Of a DNA stretch of 64,000 nt, positions 56,852 to 64,000 are shown piece by piece; the stretch's first letter is position 1; every line of letters begins with the position of its first letter. The notes under the pieces are model-generated. The model was not told where the DNA came from, did not search any database, and saw only the letters and a program-made list of their open reading frames with translations. The stretch is taken from NCBI GenBank assembly GCA_001643675.2, contig LSRY02000014.1:434001-498000 (forward strand), read 5' to 3'. Position numbers and translations under genes: made by a program. This stretch comes from Monocercomonoides exilis PA203 (taxonomy: Eukaryota > Protista > Preaxostyla).

Positions 56852-59800
56852 TCACATCCTTTCATTTTGGCTGTTCATTTCGCTGCAGCTTTCTTTTTGT
56901 TTCGCACTTCTTTCTAAATTGATAATTGCATCTGATATTGTTATTACAAGCTTGCTAACTGGTGATAGCCCAACAAGTGCTTTCATCACCTCACAAAGCG
57001 TTGGTCTTTTCGATGACTCCGCTGATAGACATGCATCTTCAACATTCCTCACTCTGCTTTCATCAATCCCCTTCTCACCCAATCTTTCCCCATTAACAAT
57101 CTTCTGCCCCGCCACCTCTGCTCCATACTCTCCAAACGGAATCTCCAGCGTCAGACACTCCCACACCATCATCCCAATCGAAAATGCCACCGACTCCTTT
57201 GTTGCTCCCATGTTTTTGTTCACCAGCAGCTCTGGCGCCTTCCACCTCAAGCACTCTTTTCTGTTGTCATCCTCATCCTCAAAGGCTGATGAAGGAGGTG
57301 GTGATTTTGTGAATCTCTCGCTCTTCACAGAAACATCAGAGGAAGATGTGATCATGGTGGAGGTTGAAGAGATGGAGGAAGTGTCAGAGTCTGAGGAGCA
57401 GTCGGAGTGGAGGGCAATGCAGATCACCATGTGCTCGGAAAATAACACAATGTGTGGGCTGAGATTGGCAAGAGAAGAAAGAGGATTCTCCATTTTATCA
57501 AAGGAGTGGAGAGCGAGATTTGCCACCCAGAACAGGATCTGAGCAGCTGTCTGCTCCCTCTCCCGCAGAGTCCCAATTGCCATCTCCTTTGTCTTATTCC
57601 TCCCGTGAAGCAACATGAACAATGAATCCCTCAGGTCCACAATCAGCTTTTCATGAGGAGAAGAACAGGCCATCGCATCCACCAGATTCGACATGGATGA
57701 GGTTGTTGGGCACAGATCCTCCCCTCGAACAAATGTTGAATCTGAATCAGTTGTTGAAGTGGTTGAAGTGGATGAAATGGAAGGTGATGGCGTTCGCTTC
57801 CTTGTCTCTTCCTCAACTTCTTTCTCATCCACCTTCTCCAGCATCCACTCTGGAATCTTGTCTGAATCTCTTCCCAAGATGTATTCAGTGGAGCCACTCT
57901 CGCTCAGCAAATGCTCTGATGACTCTGAGTGTCCCAAACTTTTTTCATACACTCTCTTCTTGATCCTTTCTTCATTCTTCTTCTCTGCCTCTCTCTCTGC
58001 TCTCCTCCATTGCTCTTCTGGAGACATCTCCATCGTCACCATCTCAAATGCTTTTGGATCCTTCTTCACTGTGTCTTCCACAATCACTTCAAGTTCCTCT
58101 GTCCTTCTCTTTTGTTTTCTCCATCGAACAATGAATATGATGGATACAATTAACAGTATTACTACAATCACAATGCATACAATTAATGCCCATGAGAATT
58201 TTCCTTCTTTCCCACTTTCAGCAATTCTGCCATCTCTTTTTCCTTCGGTTTCGCTTCTGTTCTTCAGGATAAACGAACCAGTCGATGAAGGCGAATCACC
58301 TTTTCCAAACAGAAGACTCGCACTCACTTCTGTCTCTGCTTCCACTCCTCCCATCTGTGCCGATGAAACAACTGCAACAATTTCGTTCTCTGACTCACTT
58401 TCCTTTTCTCCAATCCCATAGCTCTCAACCACCTCTTCCCTTCCATTCCTGAAGCTCAACTTCAACCAAACATCACATGGCAGAAGAAGTCTCCCACTCA
58501 GCGTGATGATTGTCCTTCCCTCAGATGCCGTCTCATTCCTCGCCTCTTCCAAAACTGGGATGAATAGTGGTGATGCTCTCTCCTCAATCATCCCTCCCAA
58601 TTCACATCCTTCATTCAGAATCCACAATGATGAATTTGGCAAAACTCCATCTCCTCCTTTCAAACTCATCACATTCAACACACCAGAATCTGAACAGAGA
58701 ATGTTTCTTCTGATTGAAGGATATTTTTCAATGAATGGATTATTGTCAATGAACTCTCCTTTCTCAATTATCACATTTCCTCCACTAATTGCAAGTCCAC
58801 CATCATGTGAATTCGAGATTGTTGTATCTTTCATCATCACAGAACTCTCCTTCACATCAACAACTGATCCATTCCATTTGCACACATCCACTTCCTCATT
58901 CAAATTCTTCTCATTTCTTTCCTTTGTACTCCCATCAAAAATGCAATTGTCCATTGAAACATCCAAACAATCCTCCAATTTCATCAATTTCCCTTTTGAG
59001 ATTTTTGAACTAACTCCGCCCATTGTGCAATTTGTCAACTGAATTGTCTTTTTCATAGACAAACAAGATATCAGTGAATCTTCAATTCCTTCAACTGTGA
59101 TATTTTCTGTATTTAATCTGTCCAAATTTAATTGTCCACATTCAATAATTTCAACAAGCGAATGAGAAACTGTTGAATTGCAAATCATTAATGAATCAAT
59201 TGTTGATGGAAGAGCTGACGAGAGATATAAAACTGCTTCATGAAGTACGAGATTTGATATTGTGCATCCATCAAGTTGTAATTCTCCTTCTGCCGTATTA
59301 ATAATGTGAAATGGAATGTTTGCATTTTCATTTCCTTTTTCATTAGATTGTTTTGAACCGAATGAACAATTCGTCATTTCAAAAATACCTCCTTCAGGTG
59401 ATATCAATGATTCATGTTGAGAGATGAAATTTGAATTAAACACAAAATTCACCCTCACCAATGAGACTGTATTTGTGGTAATGATTAATGCCTCTCTTGT
59501 TTTTCCAATGCTTGCTTTCACTTCAACTTTGCACATCTCCCTGCTCTTCGAACTCAAACTCATCTCCTCCAGATTCATCTCTTCACATATCACACTCTCT
59601 TCAACAACGAATATCAGACTCAGAATATCTGAGGTTAGATGCATCAGTCCATGCTCAATCGAATTACATGGAAGTGTGTTTGTTCCACATTGTCTGTCAT
59701 TCGATCCATCAACACTGCTCACAACAATCGTGTCACTCTGATGGATCGTTATGAAATTGATCAAGTTTGTGTCTCCAGTGTGCTCAGTCACATCTATTCC

Positions 59801-62800
59801 ATATATCGCATTCAGCTGAACATAATACTTCTCTCTCAGATCGAAATGAAATTGCGTTTCATTGATCTGGCTCGTGATGTTGTAGCACTCAACAAAAATA
59901 TCATTCCCCACACCTGCTATGTTTGCACCCCAATTCATCTTCTCAAACACAAAATTCAACCTTCCTGTTTCCTTTGTTGTCAAAAACACCCCTCCTCCTC
60001 TTCCTGTGCTTTCACTGCAGCTGCATTTTCTGACTTCGGAATAAATCATCTTCATTGATCCAGATGCACACAATGTGAATAATATAGCTCCTCCTTTTTC
60101 ACTCAATTCTGCCTTGTCTTCTGTTATGCTGCTCTCATTCACAACCAAACAAATCTTATTCTCACTTTTTGATTCCAAAATGCTTGGTCCATTGTCGCTT
60201 TTCTTCACACCTGAAAATGATGAATTATCAATCTCGATATTTGTTCCTTCTTTTCTTCCTTCATTTATCTTTGTTGCTAATTCAGGTCCTTTGATCAGAA
60301 GAAGACATCCTCCACTTTCATTCAACGATTCCACTCGAACATTCACAAAATGGCAAGTTATTCCAGAATCATGAATGACAAAAATACTGTTTCCAACATT
60401 GCATGATTCAAACGACAAATCGCTCGCTTCCACACTTCCTCCAATCACATCCACAAATGCACAATCAAATCCATTATTTATTCCTGCTTCTGAATGGAAT
60501 GAACATCCAGTTATTATCAACTCACCTTTTCTGTTTGAAATAATCATATTTACCGAGTTGTCAAAACCATATGTCAGTTGAAGTTGGATATTTATCAATT
60601 CAAGATGAATATCATTTCCCATGAAATATTCCAGCTGACTATCAGTTGCCTTTTCAAAATTCAATATCGCTTTTATATCTTCTTCTCCCATCTTCACACT
60701 CTTTTTGATCTGATAATTGGATACATTGAATGAATCTTGAATAATTGTTGATCCTTCAATCTGAATTGTTTTTCTTCCAATTTCCTTTTTCATGTTTTTC
60801 ATCCCTTTCCACATCGTTTTACACGGTTCTTCTTCACTTCCACATCTTGCAACATCAAATCCACTCGATGAGATAAATATCTCAATTGAGCTAAATGGAA
60901 TGAGGAATATGAATAAATCCTTTTCTTGATGAAAATCATCATTCCCAACAAACAGAGTTTTATCATCCTTCATTGAGGAATAATCAAACTTGAATGACTC
61001 ATTTGTCACAGAAGAATTAAAATCCTTTCCTAAAATGAACACATTCTTTCCAAAGGCTGCATTGTTGCTCTCAAAAGTGACGCTTTCAAAAAGAAATGGC
61101 CTTTCATTCAAACAGCTTTGACAATCCATATATATCCCTCCCCCCTTTCCTCCCTCACTTCTATTCTCTCAAACACATCCAGGAAATGAGCTCTTTTGAA
61201 TTGTCACATATCCTCTTTCATCCAATTCAATTTTTAATGCTCCTCCTTCTTTGCTCTTCTTTGAAATCGCCCCTTCTATCTTGCTATCATTTAACACCAT
61301 CCAAACTCCCAAACTCCCTCCAAACACTTCCGCCTTTCCTTCGACTGCTGATCCTCCATCAATCTCCAATCCTTCCATTGTGCAATTCAACAGCTTCACT
61401 TTGGATTCCTGTTCATTCAAATTTGTTGACGAAAGTGAAAATGAAAATAACGAAACTGACGATTTCACATCTGAAATCGTGACAGAGTCCAGTTCAACTA
61501 TCTTCCCTGTCGATTTGATCAAGAATAATCCAATCGTGTTTTCCTTTCCTCCAACAACACTCATCTCACAGTTCTTCATGTGCAACTCGCCATTTTGAGT
61601 GCTCGATTCAATCACTGATGTGATTGTTCTGTTAAAGCTCGAGGGGACAACAATCCCAATGAACTTCATTTCTGTAAGTGATGCTGATTTCAGAACACAT
61701 TCTTCTTCAGAGCCATTCAATTCACTTTTGCATTCAATGCTTACAACTTTTTCCTCTTTTGATTTCACACTCACCCCGCTCATATCCACACACCCAACGA
61801 CAGACGAGTTAGTGTATAAAATAATCTCTTGTTTTGTGTTCTGTGTTTTCTTCAAATGTTCCATTCCATAATTCACGCTCAAACAAGGCGCCTTTTCCAA
61901 GCCACAATACACCTCTTCGACTCCAGATATTCCATCCACATAAATTGTATCCGCGAAATATCCATCGAGAAATATAAATAAATCGACATTCCAGTTCCCA
62001 AATGCCTCTGTTCTGTCATGTCCAACAATCGAGTTGTCTTTCTGAGCGATGTTTCTCATGAAGGCGAACAAGGGCTCTTTCACAGAAGCGACAAATGATT
62101 CACACACAAAATACATATCTCTTCCGACACTGGCCTTGTTGGCTGAAAACACGATATTGGTGATGGAAAAGGTTGTGGATGACACTTCTGAATCATCCTT
62201 GAACTCGATCATAAGTGCCCCGCCTCTTCCTCCAGAACTTGTATCCTCGCTCACAGAGCAGGTGGAGAAATTTGTGTCACTCACTGAAAAGGAGTTTGCA
62301 GGGGCAGATGATGCGAATGAGATGCATCCGCCATCTGTTGCAGTCTGTTGGCTCAACTGTTCTGAGTTGATACTGGTGATGGTGCAGTTGGTGAGGGAGA
62401 TGGAGAGGGCAGGGGAGGTGGCAGAGGAGAGGACACAGCTGGTGGGGGTGGCTGTGGATGTGATGTGAGTGATGTTGGAGGAGTTGAGAGTGAGAGGTGC
62501 TGTGAGGGAGGAGAGGTGGAAGATGCTTTGGCTGTTGAGGGCGAGACTGGTGATTGCTGTGTGGTTGAGGGCGAGGGAGCCAGCAGTGAGGAAGAAGAGG
62601 GGGGTTGTGATTGATGATGAAGATGAGGTTGTTCCAGTGATGGTGGTTGTGTTGAGGTTGAGGGAAGGGGAGTTTTCGGAGAGGTGGAAGAGGATGGGGG
62701 TGATTTGATTTGAGGAGTTGTGGGCGATGGCGAGGGCAGAGACTGTGAGGGAGCCCTGGGTCTGTTGGAAGAGGGTAGACGAGGCAGATGGATCTGGTGA

Positions 62801-64000
62801 AGAAGAAGAAGATGAATATGACGAATTTGATGATGTTGATTGTAATGAGTGTGAATGTGAATTTTGTGGTTGGGGAATACCACTGGAGGCAATGGTGATG
62901 GCAGTTGAACAGTTTCCTGTGATTTTTGTATCAACAGCGTTGAAGGTGAGTGTTTGAATGGGAGTGAAAGTGGAGCTGAGAAGGGTAATGAAAGCCTCTT
63001 GAACAACATTTAAACCTTCGAGAGCATACTCGATGGTGGCACATGGGATCTGTTGTGGTCTTCCACAGGCATCTGCGTCTGTTCCACTGTTGGAAACTAT
63101 TATTCTCGAAGGAATAAGAGGAATCCAACAGTTGACAGTCTCGTTATCAGCCGCATTATTATTCCACACTCTTTTTGTCGGAGTTGTTGATCCACATTGT
63201 TGGAATGGAGATTGAGTTATGTTGCTTCCATTGAAGAACATATTATTCCCTTTTCCACTAGAAGCGAAGTTACAGTCGAAGAAACAGAATATGATGATAT
63301 TTGTTCCATTTATCCACTCATTTAACAAATGGAAATACATACCAGCTCCACCATAAATTGATGATGCAGTCAATGTATTGCCAATAAACTGGCACTCTTT
63401 TATTGAAAACTGACTTGGTTCACTTTCTGGAGGATTATGAAAAGTCACAGCTCCAGCTGAATCTCCGCCAGTATTTGCAATGCACTTGCATTTTGAAAAC
63501 AAAAACTCACCATTTTGTGGAAAGCTTCCCATGAAAAAATACCAACCTGTTCCACACCAATTTATAATTTAACAATATTCAACTCTGTTACCCGAGAATA
63601 TCCAAACAGAATGTGGTTCAGGATATCCAACATAAACAGCTCCTCCATGATCAGCTGAACAACTTGTGAAATTTGATATTAATATACAAACATCTTTCAA
63701 ACTTCCACAACATACGGCTCCACCATGATCAGTATTTGAACAATTTATAAATAAGCAAGAACTTATTGATAGATTTGCAGTTTTGCAAGAAACCAAAAGC
63801 GCTCCACCATTACTACCTCCACTATTTGAATTTTCCCATTCACACCATTCAAAGCGATGGCTGTTTGCATCAAAAAAATCCAATCTTCCAGGTGCTTTTC
63901 TTTGAGTTTCAGTTCCAATATGAACCTCTGCAGCATTTTCAGAAGAGCGTGTTTGATGAAGGAAAGAGGTGTTGAAAGCAGAGAGAGAAGTGAATGGGCT
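56852..64000 (-). pseudogene. Giant receptor-like pseudokinase, copy C (5' end outside window), with two in-frame point stops (TAA 63569-63571, TGA 61169-61171)
   Basis: ORFs 63569..63883, 61169..63532 and 56852..61129 are all in one frame (gaps of 36 and 39 nt) and colinear with copy A. The stops align to Ser TCA and Cys TGT codons of copy A. The TM (FSWALIVCIVIVVILLIVSIIFIV) and the last ~65 aa differ from those of copies A and B. Confidence 0.85.

Noticed and set aside
61169-61171. Selenocysteine (TGA aligned to Cys in copy A)
   Set aside because: The same copy also has an upstream TAA nonsense codon, the Cys is a structural repeat residue, TGT>TGA is a single substitution, and I identified no SECIS.

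Overview
This is AT-rich eukaryotic DNA with short GT-AG introns, the standard genetic code and many Ser/Glu/Lys low-complexity tracts. The gene-family style points to an oxymonad such as Monocercomonoides (inference, not database-checked). About 27 kb of the 64 kb is three paralogues of a giant intronless type-I membrane protein: an N-terminal signal-like segment, 4 or 8 Cys-capped GG(A/G)-rich beta-helix-like (Pmp/pectin-lyase-like) modules, one TM helix, and a tyrosine-kinase-like pseudokinase tail. Copy A (4200-12242, +) is intact. Copy B (28198-40521, -) and copy C (56852->64000, -) are broken only by 1 and 2 in-frame point stops, with no frameshifts. The three copies are mosaics: near-identical tracts alternate with divergent ones, and the closest partner switches along the gene. 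This suggests a recombination or gene-conversion-diversified surface receptor repertoire, which is the main candidate novel system here. Between them sit intron-containing genes: a Nup214-like FG nucleoporin (3' part), Vps54-like, a NEK-like pseudokinase-repeat-SPRY giant protein, FIGNL1, pinin-like, a divergent calreticulin, a classical protein tyrosine phosphatase and an uncharacterised gene. There is also a decayed copy of a lineage-expanded family, a near-perfect ~345-bp palindrome and a smaller inverted repeat. All exon models and alignments were made by eye.
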